From: an uncultured Sutterella sp. | Lineage (GTDB): Bacteria; Pseudomonadota; Gammaproteobacteria; Burkholderiales; Burkholderiaceae_F | Assembly: GCA_902477615.1 (NCBI GenBank) | Contig: CABSHY010000001.1 | Span: 1 to 32,249 of the forward strand | Length of the DNA: 32,249 nt | Direction of reading: 5' to 3' | Shown here: positions 1 to 9,924 of the stretch, piece by piece | Numbering within the stretch: the stretch's first letter is position 1 | How the letters are laid out: the number at the start of each line of letters is the position of its first letter | Position numbers and translations under genes: made by a program | The notes under the pieces: model-generated | Databases searched by the model: none | What the model saw: the letters and a program-made list of their open reading frames with translations, nothing else | Told to the model about the DNA's origin: nothing

Positions 1-22
1 CTTTTTTAAATTTTTACGCCTC

Positions 23-724
23 ATGCTAGACCTTCGAAAACTCTCTCAAGAAACCGATGATTTTGACGACGTCTATGACGCCGATAAGATCAATGTGGTT
101 ATCGTTGACGCCTCTCCGCTTTTTAGAGAGTCGCTTGCTCGCCTTATTCACGAAGATGAAATGTTCGGCAATATCGCAGAAACCGGTGATAAGCATTTGG
201 GTCTTTTTTATATTGAGCGCTTAAATCCTCAAGTGGTCATCGTGGACATGCATATGAAAAAAGATGCCGCCACGGAGATTACGCGCTATGTGAAAGGGTT
301 TAGTCGTCCGCCGCGCGTCATCATGATGACCGATCGCGATGACAGTGAAGAGCTGATGAGTTCGGTGCATCTGCAAGCAGAAGGTTATATTTCCAAGCTC
401 ATCGAAGTGGCAGAATTAAAGAGTCAAATTCGTCGTGTGGCTAGCGGCCAGATTGTGGTGAGTAACCGCTTGATGGCAGCGCTTACACGCGCATTCCGAG
501 ACGATACGGCAGAAGTCGGTCGCAACATTTCTCGATTAACCAATCGTGAACGCGACATTTTGAAGTGTTTAGCTGCCGGTATGAAAAACCAAGAAATTGC
601 ACAGTACCACAACATCACGTTGGGTACCGTGAAAGTCCATGTCAAACATCTTTTAAAGAAGATGGCTTTCACAAGTCGTACTCAAGCTGCACTTTGGGCT
701 CAAGAGCACGGCGTGAAGTTTTAA
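23..724 (+). CDS. NarL/FixJ-family response regulator (REC + LuxR HTH)
   Basis: Receiver domain (VVIVDMHM, YISK) and C-terminal LuxR HTH (LTNRERDILKCLAAGMKNQEIA...TVKVHVKHLLKKM); no kinase in the window. Confidence 0.9.
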   Translation: MLDLRKLSQETDDFDDVYDADKINVVIVDASPLFRESLARLIHEDEMFGNIAETGDKHLGLFYIERLNPQVVIVDMHMKKDAATEITRYVKGFSRPPRVIMMTDRDDSEELMSSVHLQAEGYISKLIEVAELKSQIRRVASGQIVVSNRLMAALTRAFRDDTAEVGRNISRLTNRERDILKCLAAGMKNQEIAQYHNITLGTVKVHVKHLLKKMAFTSRTQAALWAQEHGVKF

Positions 725-740
725 AGTTGGTAAAACTTTA

Positions 741-827
741 AAATTTTGGGATTACAATCCTAAAATTTCTTTAAATTTTGGGATTATAATAAAGAAAATC
801 CAATTTCTAGATCTGTAATCCTAAAAT
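741..827. repeat. Direct and inverted AT-rich repeats upstream of the ATPase gene
   Basis: AAATTTTGGGATTA at 741 and 773; near-complement AATCCTAAAAT at 756 and 817. Confidence 0.7.
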
Positions 828-1989
828 GTCGAAATTTCCCTATATCTCTCGTGAATTAGAAGAACCCATCAAGCGTGGCACTAAAAGTGTTCGTGCAGAG
901 CTGTTGCTTGGCCCTCGTCAAGTGGGGAAAACAACATTGCTTTCTGAAATTGTTAATAATCAGAGATCCATTAAATTAACAGGGGAGGACGAGGATGATT
1001 TGCAGATTTTGTCGGATCCGAAAGCTTATTTGAACCTTACAAAACAATTTCCCAATGTCATTATTGATGAAGCTCAATTCATTCCAGAAATTGGGCGAGT
1101 CATTAAGCGAATGGTTGATAGCAATGAGTCGGATGCTCGTATTTATGTTACTGGTTCGAGTTCTCTTGACTTAGCAAGTCAGATTAAAGAATCTGCAGCA
1201 GGTCGTTTCAACTCCTACAATCTTTGGCCATTTTCTTTGGAAGAACTAGCCAAACATACGAGTTGGATAGAAGTGAAGCGTCAAATTCAAGATCGCATGA
1301 TTTTTGGATGTTGTCCTGCGGTTATTAATGAACCAGAAAGAGCTAAAGAGTATTTATTGGATTTCTCGGACGCTGTTCTTTATAAGGATCTTTTTAGATT
1401 GGCGGAAGTTCGGAAACCAACGGAATTGACTAAATTAGTGAAGTATCTTGCTGCTAATGTAGGGTCGGAGATTCGCTATGGTTCCGTGGCTAGTGAGCTT
1501 GGTATTCAAAATAAAACAATTGAACGCTATGTAGATTTGCTTGAGGCTTGTTTTATTGTGAAAGTGGTATCGTCTTGGACACGCAACCATATTTCAGAAC
1601 TCAAACTTAGTAAGAAAATTTATTTTTACGATAACGGGATTCGCAATGCCATTCTGCGTGACTTTACTCCACTTCCTGCAAGAGCTGATAAGGGGGCTCT
1701 TTGGGAAAATATGTTCTTTACCGAGAGATTGAAACGTCACGCTTTCCGTCGAGATGGAGGTGAACTCTATTTTTGGCGCACACACCAACAGCACGAGATG
1801 GATTTCATCGAAGTTGTTGATGGGAAAGTCGCTGCATTTGAATGCAAACTTGGCAATAAAATCAATACGACCTCAGTTAAAGCTTTTAAGCGATCCTATC
1901 CCAATGTTCCTATCACGGTAGTATCTCCAGAAAATATTGACAAGGAAACCGAGGAGCCGATTGATTTGAGTTTGGTTACCAAACAATAG
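826..1989 (+). CDS. AAA_14 ATPase with DUF4143-type C-terminal nuclease-like domain
   Basis: Walker A GPRQVGKTT, IIDEAQ, TGSS, KIYFYDNG, G.LWEN, YFWRT...EMDF...FECK. Confidence 0.88.
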   Translation: MSKFPYISRELEEPIKRGTKSVRAELLLGPRQVGKTTLLSEIVNNQRSIKLTGEDEDDLQILSDPKAYLNLTKQFPNVIIDEAQFIPEIGRVIKRMVDSNESDARIYVTGSSSLDLASQIKESAAGRFNSYNLWPFSLEELAKHTSWIEVKRQIQDRMIFGCCPAVINEPERAKEYLLDFSDAVLYKDLFRLAEVRKPTELTKLVKYLAANVGSEIRYGSVASELGIQNKTIERYVDLLEACFIVKVVSSWTRNHISELKLSKKIYFYDNGIRNAILRDFTPLPARADKGALWENMFFTERLKRHAFRRDGGELYFWRTHQQHEMDFIEVVDGKVAAFECKLGNKINTTSVKAFKRSYPNVPITVVSPENIDKETEEPIDLSLVTKQ

Positions 1990-2019
1990 CTTTTTGCCCT
2001 ATATTCCCTAGTGGGCAAC

Positions 2020-3066
2020 TTAGCAAATTCTCGGCAATTGTTCACCGTTTAACCAATCCACCGATCGCAATCCACCCATCAACGTTCGCATTTGAACCGT
2101 TGAGGCATTTTCTTTAGTGACTGTGCCGATGATGGAGGCTTCTTTCCCATAGGGATGACTTTGAAGCACCTCTAAAACGGTTTGCGCTTTGTCAACCTCA
2201 CAAATCACAATGACCTTTCCTTCATTGGCAACAAATAAGGGATCAAGGCCTAAGAATTCACAAGCCGCAGCCACTTCATTTTTCACGGGGATTTTGTCTT
2301 CTTCTAAGAGAATGCCCACGTCACTTTGGTGCGCAATTTCATTGAGCGTTGCTGCAAGCCCGCCTCGTGTCGGATCTCGAAGCACATGAACGTCAGGCAC
2401 GACCGTTAAAACGCTTTCAATCATCTGAGCAAGTGGCGCCGTATCACTTTCTAAATCGGTGAGGAAAGTCATGTTTTCACGTTTAGAAAGAATGGTTGTG
2501 CCGTGATCGCCCATGGAGCCGGAGATAATCACCGCATCGCCCGCTCGAGCATTCTTACCGGAAATGGCATAGGGAGTGATTTTCTCTCCAATCCCCGTGG
2601 TTGTGATGTAAATGCCATCACCATGACCCTTCTCAACAACCTTGGTATCGCCCGTCACAATCGCGACGTTGGCTTCTTTTGCGGTTTGTGCCATGGAGGA
2701 AACAATGCTTTCAAGCTCTTGCAACGGGAAGCCTTCTTCAAGAATAAAGCAAGCGGCAATGTACAAAGGTTTGGCACCACACATGGCTACGTCATTGACG
2801 GTTCCTGCGATTGCCAATTTCCCAATGTCGCCTCCGGGGAAAAAGAGGGGCGAGACCACGTGAGCATCACAAGAGACGACAACGGGAGATTGAAGTGCGG
2901 GAAGCGTTGCGCCGTCATGCCCTTCATCGAGCCAATCATTGGTGAAGTGTTTTGCAAAAACTTCGTCAATGAGTTGAGCGGTGGCTAGGCCCCCGGCACC
3001 ATGCGTCATTTCGACTTTTTCTGTTTTGACATTGAGTGCTTTTAAATACTTCGGTTGTGTGCTCAT
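2020..3066 (-). CDS. hypE: Hydrogenase maturation carbamoyl dehydratase HypE
   Basis: HGAGG, GDTKVV, DPTRGG, NEG and C-terminal LPRIC. Confidence 0.97.
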   Translation of the reverse strand: MSTQPKYLKALNVKTEKVEMTHGAGGLATAQLIDEVFAKHFTNDWLDEGHDGATLPALQSPVVVSCDAHVVSPLFFPGGDIGKLAIAGTVNDVAMCGAKPLYIAACFILEEGFPLQELESIVSSMAQTAKEANVAIVTGDTKVVEKGHGDGIYITTTGIGEKITPYAISGKNARAGDAVIISGSMGDHGTTILSKRENMTFLTDLESDTAPLAQMIESVLTVVPDVHVLRDPTRGGLAATLNEIAHQSDVGILLEEDKIPVKNEVAAACEFLGLDPLFVANEGKVIVICEVDKAQTVLEVLQSHPYGKEASIIGTVTKENASTVQMRTLMGGLRSVDWLNGEQLPRIC

Positions 3067-3080
3067 GATTGTCTAATCCT

Positions 3081-4199
3081 TTACTGATTTTTAGGGGCAT
3101 AACGCCAATAGGCAGCGCAAGCGCCTTCGGAACTGACCATGCAGGCGCCCATGGGACGAGCCGGCGTGCAGACTTTGCCAAAGAGTTTGCAATCTTTGGG
3201 TTCTTTCTCACCCCTGAGAATCTCACCGCAAGCACAAGCACGATTGTCTTCAATGTGCGGCTCAATTAAGTTGAAACGCTTTTCGGCATCAAACGCAGAA
3301 AATTCATCTTTGAGTTTTAAAGCCGAGTCGGGAACTGCTCCCAAACCACGCCACTCAAACGATTCTCGCCGTTCAAAGACTTCATCCATCAAACGAATCG
3401 CCACTTGATTGCCCTCGGGCGTTACAGCACGAATAAATTCGTTTTCCACCTCATGACGCCCCTCGTTATTTTGGCGAATGAGCATGAGGATCGCCATCAG
3501 CATATCTAAGGGTTCAAAGCCTGCGATGACCACGGGCATTGCCCAGTCGGACGCGAAGGTTTCATAGGGTTTGGAACCGATGACGGTGGAGACGTGAGCG
3601 GGGCCCACGAGTCCGTGCAGTTTAGGGGCAGCTTCTCTTACCGGTGCCGTCTTGAGAATATGCTCCATGGCCGCCGGTGTTAAGACGTGACTTACCAGTG
3701 CCGAAAAGTTCTTTAATCCCAGTTTTTGTGCCGTTTTAATGGCTACCGCCGTGGGAGGCGTTGTGGTTTCAAAGCCAATCGCAAAAAAGACGACTTCTTT
3801 TTTCGGGTTGTCTTTGGCAATGGTGATGGCATCCATGGGGGAATAAACCATGCGAACATCACCGCCATTGGCGCGACAATTAAATAATGATTGGCCTTTG
3901 GCGGCAGGAATGCGAAGCGTATCGGCGTAGGTACATAAAATCACGTGGTGTTTAAGTGCCAACTCAACGGCCATTTCAATACGACCAATCGGCAAAACGC
4001 ACACCGGGCAGCCGGGGCCATGGATCATGCGAACGTTGGCAGGCAACAACTGGCTCAAACCCCAGCGCGATAGAACGTGCGTGTGGCCTCCGCAAAATTC
4101 CATAAAACGGTACTGACGATCGGGGAGGGCCTCTTTTCGGATCGCGTCACAAATCTTTTGCGCTTTTTCCTGATCACGGTATTCACTGACGTATTGCAT
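3081..4199 (-). CDS. hypD: Hydrogenase maturation protein HypD
   Basis: CGGHTH, GPGCPVC, GFETT, CMVSSEGACAA; start moved to ATG 4199, preceded by GAGGA. Confidence 0.96.
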   Translation of the reverse strand: MQYVSEYRDQEKAQKICDAIRKEALPDRQYRFMEFCGGHTHVLSRWGLSQLLPANVRMIHGPGCPVCVLPIGRIEMAVELALKHHVILCTYADTLRIPAAKGQSLFNCRANGGDVRMVYSPMDAITIAKDNPKKEVVFFAIGFETTTPPTAVAIKTAQKLGLKNFSALVSHVLTPAAMEHILKTAPVREAAPKLHGLVGPAHVSTVIGSKPYETFASDWAMPVVIAGFEPLDMLMAILMLIRQNNEGRHEVENEFIRAVTPEGNQVAIRLMDEVFERRESFEWRGLGAVPDSALKLKDEFSAFDAEKRFNLIEPHIEDNRACACGEILRGEKEPKDCKLFGKVCTPARPMGACMVSSEGACAAYWRYAPKNQ

Positions 4200-4209
4200 A
4201 ACATATCCT

Positions 4210-4437
4210 CTAAGCAACGTTGGGCGTTTGAAGCGTGCTTAGCATCTCAAGCGTTGTTTGGGCTTCTTTTTCATCAATGCGGTTAAGCGCAAAGCCCACG
4301 TGCACAATGACCCAGTCGCCCGGTGTCGGATTATCGATTAAGGCCACATTGACTTCTTTTTCCACGCCGTTAAAGTCACAAAGGGCAATGTCTTCGGCTT
4401 GAACTTTCAAAATTTTTGCAGGAACGGCTAAACACAT
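4210..4437 (-). CDS. hypC: Hydrogenase chaperone HypC
   Basis: MCLAVP N-terminus and VHVGFA; lies between hypF and hypD. Confidence 0.96.
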   Translation of the reverse strand: MCLAVPAKILKVQAEDIALCDFNGVEKEVNVALIDNPTPGDWVIVHVGFALNRIDEKEAQTTLEMLSTLQTPNVA

Positions 4438-6800
4438 AATGATGATTTCCTTTCATTGGCGTCACTGCGATAACTAAAATCGTTGACACCGTTTTCTTTA
4501 GCTAATGTGGCAAGCCACAACTGCCCCAAGGCCAGTCCTCCATCGCCCGCCGGGACTTTCTTTGGAAAATAGCCCGTAAGCCCCAAGTGTTGCAACTCAT
4601 CCATGAGCGCTCTCGTTAAAAGGCGATTGGCCATGCAACCACCTGTTAAAGCGATTTCCTCTTGATAGTCGATTTCATCGCATACGTTTTTGACCAAAGT
4701 CGCCAATGCGAGAGCCACGGTTGCGTGGAAGTCTGCCGCCCATTGTGCACGATCGTCATCACGCTCGAGCATGGCTTTCATAAAGGGTAGCGGGTTAATG
4801 ATGCCCTTTTCAATCGGCATAAGTTCTGTTCGTGCAACGCCTTTTCTTTGCGTGGCTAAAGACTCTAAAAGCATGGCCGCACGGGCTTCATCATGCTGAA
4901 CATCACATAACCCAAGAAGGGCACTGACGGCATCAAACCAACGCCCCATGGCATCAGTCGTGGGACTGAGTGCTGCGTTTTTAACGAGTTCACCAAAATG
5001 ATCGGCAAACATTAATTGAGGGAAACGTTTGGGGATTTCGTTTTCCAGTCCCAAAAGGGTTAAAACGGAGGCGGCCATGCGTTGCGGTTCTCGGGCTACT
5101 TTGTCAGCGCCTCCCGGCATGGGAAGTTCAAGTAAATGCCCCAGCCGTTGGTAGCCTGTGGCGTCGACTAAGAGAAGTTCTGACCCCCAAGCTTCACGAT
5201 GGGGCCCGAGGCCAACACCGTCTAACGCTAGACCTAAGGTAGGGGTTTTGCGTTCGAGTTCTGCCATCACTACGCCAATGTGCGCCGCATGATGTTGAAT
5301 GGGGTACCAAGAAAGATGGTGCTTTTGGGCGTAGTCAACGGCTAAGTGCGTGCTTGCAAAATCAGGGTGTGTGTCACTGGCGACAAGGCTTGGTGTGATT
5401 TCAAAAATACTCTCTAAGTGAGTGAGCGCCTCGCGATGCGCATCAATGGTTTTCAAGTGATCTAAGTCACCGATGTGTTGAGACAAAAAAACGTCTTGGT
5501 CGCGGCTCACGGCCACGGTATTTTTTAAGTAAGCACCGGTTGCCAAAGCGCTTTCAATTGTGTCTGCAAATTTGATGGCTTCGGGCGCATAGCCACGAGA
5601 GCGACGCAAAAAGACGGGTGTGTCATTGATGACTCGAACGACCGAATCATCGCAACGCGTAACGATGTCTCGATTATGAATAAGCCAAGCGTCAGCGATA
5701 TTTTCAAGACGCTCAAAGGCTTCGTCATTATCAATTACTAAGGGTTCCCCGGACGGATTGGCAGAGGTCATCACCAACGCTTCGTTTAGAACAAGGTCGT
5801 GAGTCCACTGGGCACCGTCAGGTTTCCCTGCGAGCGTATGAAATAAGAGCCAATGCACCGGTGTGTAGGGCAGCATCACGCCCAAGTCAGAAAGGCCCGG
5901 TGCAATGCCTTCGAGTTCAATACCGGCATTTTTTGCCAATAACACGATGGGGCGAGCAACGCTCGTGAGAACCTCTTTTTCTTTGTCAGAAACTTCTGTA
6001 AAAAGTTTGGCACTTTCAACGTTGGCCACCATGATAGCCAGCGCTTTTTCTTCACGACGCTTTCTTTGTTTGAGTCGTTCAACGGCCTTGGAATTTTTGG
6101 CATCACAAACAAGATGGAAGCCCCCCAGACCTTTGACAGCCACGATTTCGCCTTGGCGAATCGCTTCAATCGTTAAATCAATGGCGTCACCCTGAATCGC
6201 TTGACGATCCTTGCGTACAAAGGTGAGTGTTGGCCCACACTCAGGACAGGCGTTAGGTTGCGCATGAAAACGACGATCCAAGGGGTCGTGGTACTCTGTG
6301 AGGCAATCTTCACACATGGGGAATTTGGCCATCGATGTTTGAGGACGATCGTAGGGCAAGTGACGCGTGATGGTAAAGCGCGGGCCACAGTGTGTGCAAT
6401 TCGTAAACGCATAGCGATAACGGCGATTGGTGGGGTCAAACATATCTTCTAGACATGCTTGACACGTTGCCGCATCAGCCGTAATAGCGGTTTTAACCTG
6501 ACCGCCTTGACTTTCGGTGATACTAAAGGACGTATAGCCTCGCCAAGGGATGTCGGAGGCGTGAATGAAATCAATGCGGGCAAGGGGCGGCTTTTCCGCT
6601 CGCATTTTCTCTGGGAATTGAAGAACGCGATCGGCATCGCCCTCTAAAACCACGCCCACGCCTTGGGCATCGTTAAAGACTTCGCCCGTCAGATGCAAAT
6701 CCATTGCGATACGATAAACGGTCGGTCGGAAGCCTACGCCTTGAACCAAACCGTTAATACGGAAAAATTTCGCAATCCTCTCGTGCATGATTTCACTCAC
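4428..6800 (-). CDS. hypF: Carbamoyltransferase HypF
   Basis: GLVQGVGFRP acylphosphatase domain, CxxC zinc fingers, KGLGGFHL, QHHAAH, GDGGLALGQ. Confidence 0.97.
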   Translation of the reverse strand: MSEIMHERIAKFFRINGLVQGVGFRPTVYRIAMDLHLTGEVFNDAQGVGVVLEGDADRVLQFPEKMRAEKPPLARIDFIHASDIPWRGYTSFSITESQGGQVKTAITADAATCQACLEDMFDPTNRRYRYAFTNCTHCGPRFTITRHLPYDRPQTSMAKFPMCEDCLTEYHDPLDRRFHAQPNACPECGPTLTFVRKDRQAIQGDAIDLTIEAIRQGEIVAVKGLGGFHLVCDAKNSKAVERLKQRKRREEKALAIMVANVESAKLFTEVSDKEKEVLTSVARPIVLLAKNAGIELEGIAPGLSDLGVMLPYTPVHWLLFHTLAGKPDGAQWTHDLVLNEALVMTSANPSGEPLVIDNDEAFERLENIADAWLIHNRDIVTRCDDSVVRVINDTPVFLRRSRGYAPEAIKFADTIESALATGAYLKNTVAVSRDQDVFLSQHIGDLDHLKTIDAHREALTHLESIFEITPSLVASDTHPDFASTHLAVDYAQKHHLSWYPIQHHAAHIGVVMAELERKTPTLGLALDGVGLGPHREAWGSELLLVDATGYQRLGHLLELPMPGGADKVAREPQRMAASVLTLLGLENEIPKRFPQLMFADHFGELVKNAALSPTTDAMGRWFDAVSALLGLCDVQHDEARAAMLLESLATQRKGVARTELMPIEKGIINPLPFMKAMLERDDDRAQWAADFHATVALALATLVKNVCDEIDYQEEIALTGGCMANRLLTRALMDELQHLGLTGYFPKKVPAGDGGLALGQLWLATLAKENGVNDFSYRSDANERKSSLCV

Positions 6801-6811
6801 TTTCCAAAGCT

Positions 6812-7648
6812 TTAAAGCCCCGCAAGAATCAACTGAGCTTTAAGCCACTTCACCCAATTGTCCATACCATCACCCTTGGTTGCAGAGACTTGAAGGATTT
6901 GGATTTTGGGATTGACGCGGCGGGCATATTCTTCGCACTTTTCAATATCAAAATTAAGGTACGGCAATAAGTCCACCTTGTTAATCAACATGATGTCGGC
7001 GGCTCTAAACATATCGGTGTACTTCAAGGGTTTGGCTTCCCCTTCGGTCACCGACAAAATCACGACCTTGTGAGCTTCGCCTAAATCAAATTCGGCGGGG
7101 CAGACGAGGTTACCGACGTTTTCGATAAAAAGCGTAGAACCTTCGGCAGGCGTCATGTGGCCAATGGCGTGTCGCACCATATCAGCATCCAAGTGACAGC
7201 CCTTGCCCGTATTGATTTGATGCGCAGCCGCACCCGTGGCACGGATGCGATCGGCATCGTTACTCGTTTGTTGATCACCTTCAATGACGGCAATCGGGAA
7301 TTCATTATTAACCGCACGGATCGTTGCGCAGAGCAATTCCGTTTTGCCGGAGCCCGGGCTTGAGACAAAATTGAGCGCCAACATGCGATTTTTACGGAAA
7401 AAGGCACGATTGCCATTGGCCACTTCGTTGTTGCGACTCAAGATGTCTTCTTCAATGGCAATGGCGCGTTCGTGAGACACGCTCGCATCATGCGAGTGAT
7501 GATCATGGTGATGATCATGATCGTGATCGTGATCGTGATGGTGATCGTGGTCATGGTGACTGTGCGTGTGGGTGATGACGTTACCGTTTTCATCCACATG
7601 GGTGTGCGTGTGTTGATGGCCTTCAGAGCAGCCGCAAGTAGTACACAT
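6812..7648 (-). CDS. hypB: Nickel insertion GTPase HypB with His-rich N-terminus
   Basis: MCTTCGC, His/Asp tract, [23 protein letters not shown]. Confidence 0.96.
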   Translation of the reverse strand: MCTTCGCSEGHQHTHTHVDENGNVITHTHSHHDHDHHHDHDHDHDHHHDHHSHDASVSHERAIAIEEDILSRNNEVANGNRAFFRKNRMLALNFVSSPGSGKTELLCATIRAVNNEFPIAVIEGDQQTSNDADRIRATGAAAHQINTGKGCHLDADMVRHAIGHMTPAEGSTLFIENVGNLVCPAEFDLGEAHKVVILSVTEGEAKPLKYTDMFRAADIMLINKVDLLPYLNFDIEKCEEYARRVNPKIQILQVSATKGDGMDNWVKWLKAQLILAGL

Positions 7649-7663
7649 ATTTATTTTCTCCTA

Positions 7664-8011
7664 TTAATCATCGCTAGCGATGATGTCGATCACTTTTAAT
7701 TCTGTTCCGCCCGTGGCGGTGAGTTGATAGCCACCACAGATCGGGCATTGGTTGCCGTAAGCGTGAAGAGGGACTGTTTTCGAGCACGTCATGCACCAAG
7801 CTTCCCCCGCCGGCCTTTCAATGACAAGTTTTGCGTTTTCAACCACCGTGTCCTTGGTGACAGAAAGCCAAGCAAAGCGAAGACTGTCAATGTCAACGCC
7901 CGCAAGCTCTCCAATACTCACTCTCACGCTTTTAATTCGTTGAATGTCATGCATCATGGCGGTCTTTTCAACAACGCTCACAATGCCTTCGGCGATGGAG
8001 ACTTCATGCAT
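7664..8011 (-). CDS. hypA: Nickel metallochaperone HypA
   Basis: MHEVSIA N-terminus (start 8011), two CxxC motifs, GGTEL. Confidence 0.95.
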   Translation of the reverse strand: MHEVSIAEGIVSVVEKTAMMHDIQRIKSVRVSIGELAGVDIDSLRFAWLSVTKDTVVENAKLVIERPAGEAWCMTCSKTVPLHAYGNQCPICGGYQLTATGGTELKVIDIIASDD

Positions 8012-9116
8012 TTGACTTCTCCCGAACGATGTCAACGCGAGTACAAGCATCAAATGCGGTCGCTATCATCGATAAACCGCTTTCCATGGCGTTGTCATCG
8101 TTAATGTATTTGTGAGCATAGTGATTCATCTGTTCAATCATGGGGCCACGATTTTGAAAGCTCCATTCCGTGGGCGCGATGATGTGCAAATTTTGCACTT
8201 CGTCTTTATTGAGCGAGAGCATATGAATCAAGGTGCCACGAGCCGTTTCAACCAAGCAAAGGCCATAACCCTTGGGATGGTGATATGCATGCACATCAAA
8301 AAGGGGCAATTCACCCGCGACAAAATGCTGCAACTCCAAAAGCCGTGCCTGAATGAGGTTTTTGATGTTAAAGCTCTCTCGGGCAAGGCTCACCTCCCTG
8401 CGATCACGCAGTCTTGCAATGGCGCCTGTGATTCGTGGTGTTTGCAGTTGAGGTGTCAAAGCAAAACCGGGGTTGGCAACAAGCGCTTGCATGAGTGCCT
8501 CAAGGGTTTCTGGCTTTTGAAGTTCACTGGGTAATAAAAGCGCGTCGCCCGAGATGGCGGGCAAGCTATTGAATCGATCATAGGCCTGCGTGATAGCGCC
8601 AATGGCTTTCGTTTCTCGCATAAACCAAAGCGTGGCAAAAGCGCGCGTGTCATCAAAAAGGTCATCAACGGCCAAGCCAAAATTATCTCTAGAAGACAAG
8701 GTCCAGAGGCGCTCTTTTAATGCTCCCAAGGTTTTAAGCGTTTCAGCACTCGCCCGGGTGTGATAAACAAAGGCATTAAAGTCCAAACAGATGACCCTGA
8801 GCGTTTCCAAAATGGCTTCCACCGTGATGAGCATTTGTGCATTTCGAATCTGACGCTCATCAAAGAAGTGATTCACGGAGCTAAAGGTTTCGCAGTTCAA
8901 ACGACCGGGGAGAAATCCCGCTTTATAAGCAAAATCAAACGCCGTGCTTTGCGCAATGGGGCAAAGCCCAAGAAGTGATCGGAGCATCGATTTGGCAAAA
9001 GGGGCCGTTTTGCCGGCAATCGCCATCGAAATCGCACGCGTGCGGTGATTGATGAGTTCAATCGCCGGGGAGTCACTAGGGGCACGGTTGATTTTGAGGG
9101 TGATGGCGTTATTCAT
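8004..9116 (-). CDS. HupK/HoxV-like hydrogenase maturation scaffold
   Basis: Large-subunit-like motifs LCPIAQ, VETARGTLIH, IIAPTEW, FDAC; operon context. Confidence 0.75.
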   Translation of the reverse strand: MNNAITLKINRAPSDSPAIELINHRTRAISMAIAGKTAPFAKSMLRSLLGLCPIAQSTAFDFAYKAGFLPGRLNCETFSSVNHFFDERQIRNAQMLITVEAILETLRVICLDFNAFVYHTRASAETLKTLGALKERLWTLSSRDNFGLAVDDLFDDTRAFATLWFMRETKAIGAITQAYDRFNSLPAISGDALLLPSELQKPETLEALMQALVANPGFALTPQLQTPRITGAIARLRDRREVSLARESFNIKNLIQARLLELQHFVAGELPLFDVHAYHHPKGYGLCLVETARGTLIHMLSLNKDEVQNLHIIAPTEWSFQNRGPMIEQMNHYAHKYINDDNAMESGLSMIATAFDACTRVDIVREKSNA

Positions 9117-9127
9117 TTAAATTCTCT

Positions 9128-9652
9128 TTATTTCCAAGGTTTAGCAAAGAAATCCCTTCTTGAGGCGGATGTTTTTTCAAAGGGCGTTTTTTCAGGTGTC
9201 AAAGGTGTTCCCGCTTCTTCTTTGATGGCAATGGTCTTATTGGACATCATCAAAGAAAGGGCCTGCGAGGCAATGGCCTCTGCCGTTTTTTGATCCGGAA
9301 TGTCTGTGAGCGGACTCATCAGACTGCAAGCCAAATATCTACCCAATACGGTGTCATCAATACCCATAAAGCTAAAGGGGCCGGCGGGCAGTTGAAGGGC
9401 GGTCACTTTGGTCACGGGGACATCAAGCCACGTCTTGGCATCCCCACAGGCAAAGACCACCAAAATGGACCAAGGGGTGACAACGGCACCGATCCAATGT
9501 TGATGGTAGCGTGTGAAACCGAACGCTCGAACATGAATCTTCGGGTTGCAGATGGGAAGCCCACGCATGCGGCTTTGGGCAATTTGTCGAAAGCCTTCTT
9601 CGAAGTGTCGCTCCGGAGAGCGTTGCCAGACGTAAACGTCAGAAGTAGTCAC
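9128..9652 (-). CDS. hybE: [NiFe]-hydrogenase assembly chaperone (HybE/HoxT/HupJ family)
   Basis: RMRGLPICN, VTPW, LPAG, CSLMSP motifs; GTG start. Confidence 0.85.
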   Translation of the reverse strand: MTTSDVYVWQRSPERHFEEGFRQIAQSRMRGLPICNPKIHVRAFGFTRYHQHWIGAVVTPWSILVVFACGDAKTWLDVPVTKVTALQLPAGPFSFMGIDDTVLGRYLACSLMSPLTDIPDQKTAEAIASQALSLMMSNKTIAIKEEAGTPLTPEKTPFEKTSASRRDFFAKPWK

Positions 9653-9701
9653 GTTGAGCTCCCTTTTCCTGAAGATGATTTTTTAGGTTACCGCAATTTC
9701 A

Positions 9702-9716
9702 ATAGATATAAGCTAT
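9702..9716. promoter_or_regulatory. ATAG-N7-CTAT (LysR/OxyR-type) box in the divergent hydrogenase promoter region
   Basis: ATAGatataagCTAT. Confidence 0.4.
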
Positions 9717-9924
9717 AAGAGCATGGCAATTTGGGTATTTCAGCAAATGATTTGCAACCAAATGTCAAATTGTGAATTTATGCCACCTAAGTGGTAGAAA
9801 AGCGGGTAGAAGAAGGGGTTATGTTCAGACTATTTAAAGGCTACAATGAAAAAGTCGAAGCAATTGGCTGCTCCGATAAAGACTCGTTCAATTTTCGTAT
9901 AAACGAGCGAAGGAGAACCCCCCT

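Noticed and set aside
7490..7620. GATCGT/GATCAT hexamer repeats
   Set aside because: They encode the His/Asp nickel-binding tract of HypB; not a CRISPR array or an independent repeat
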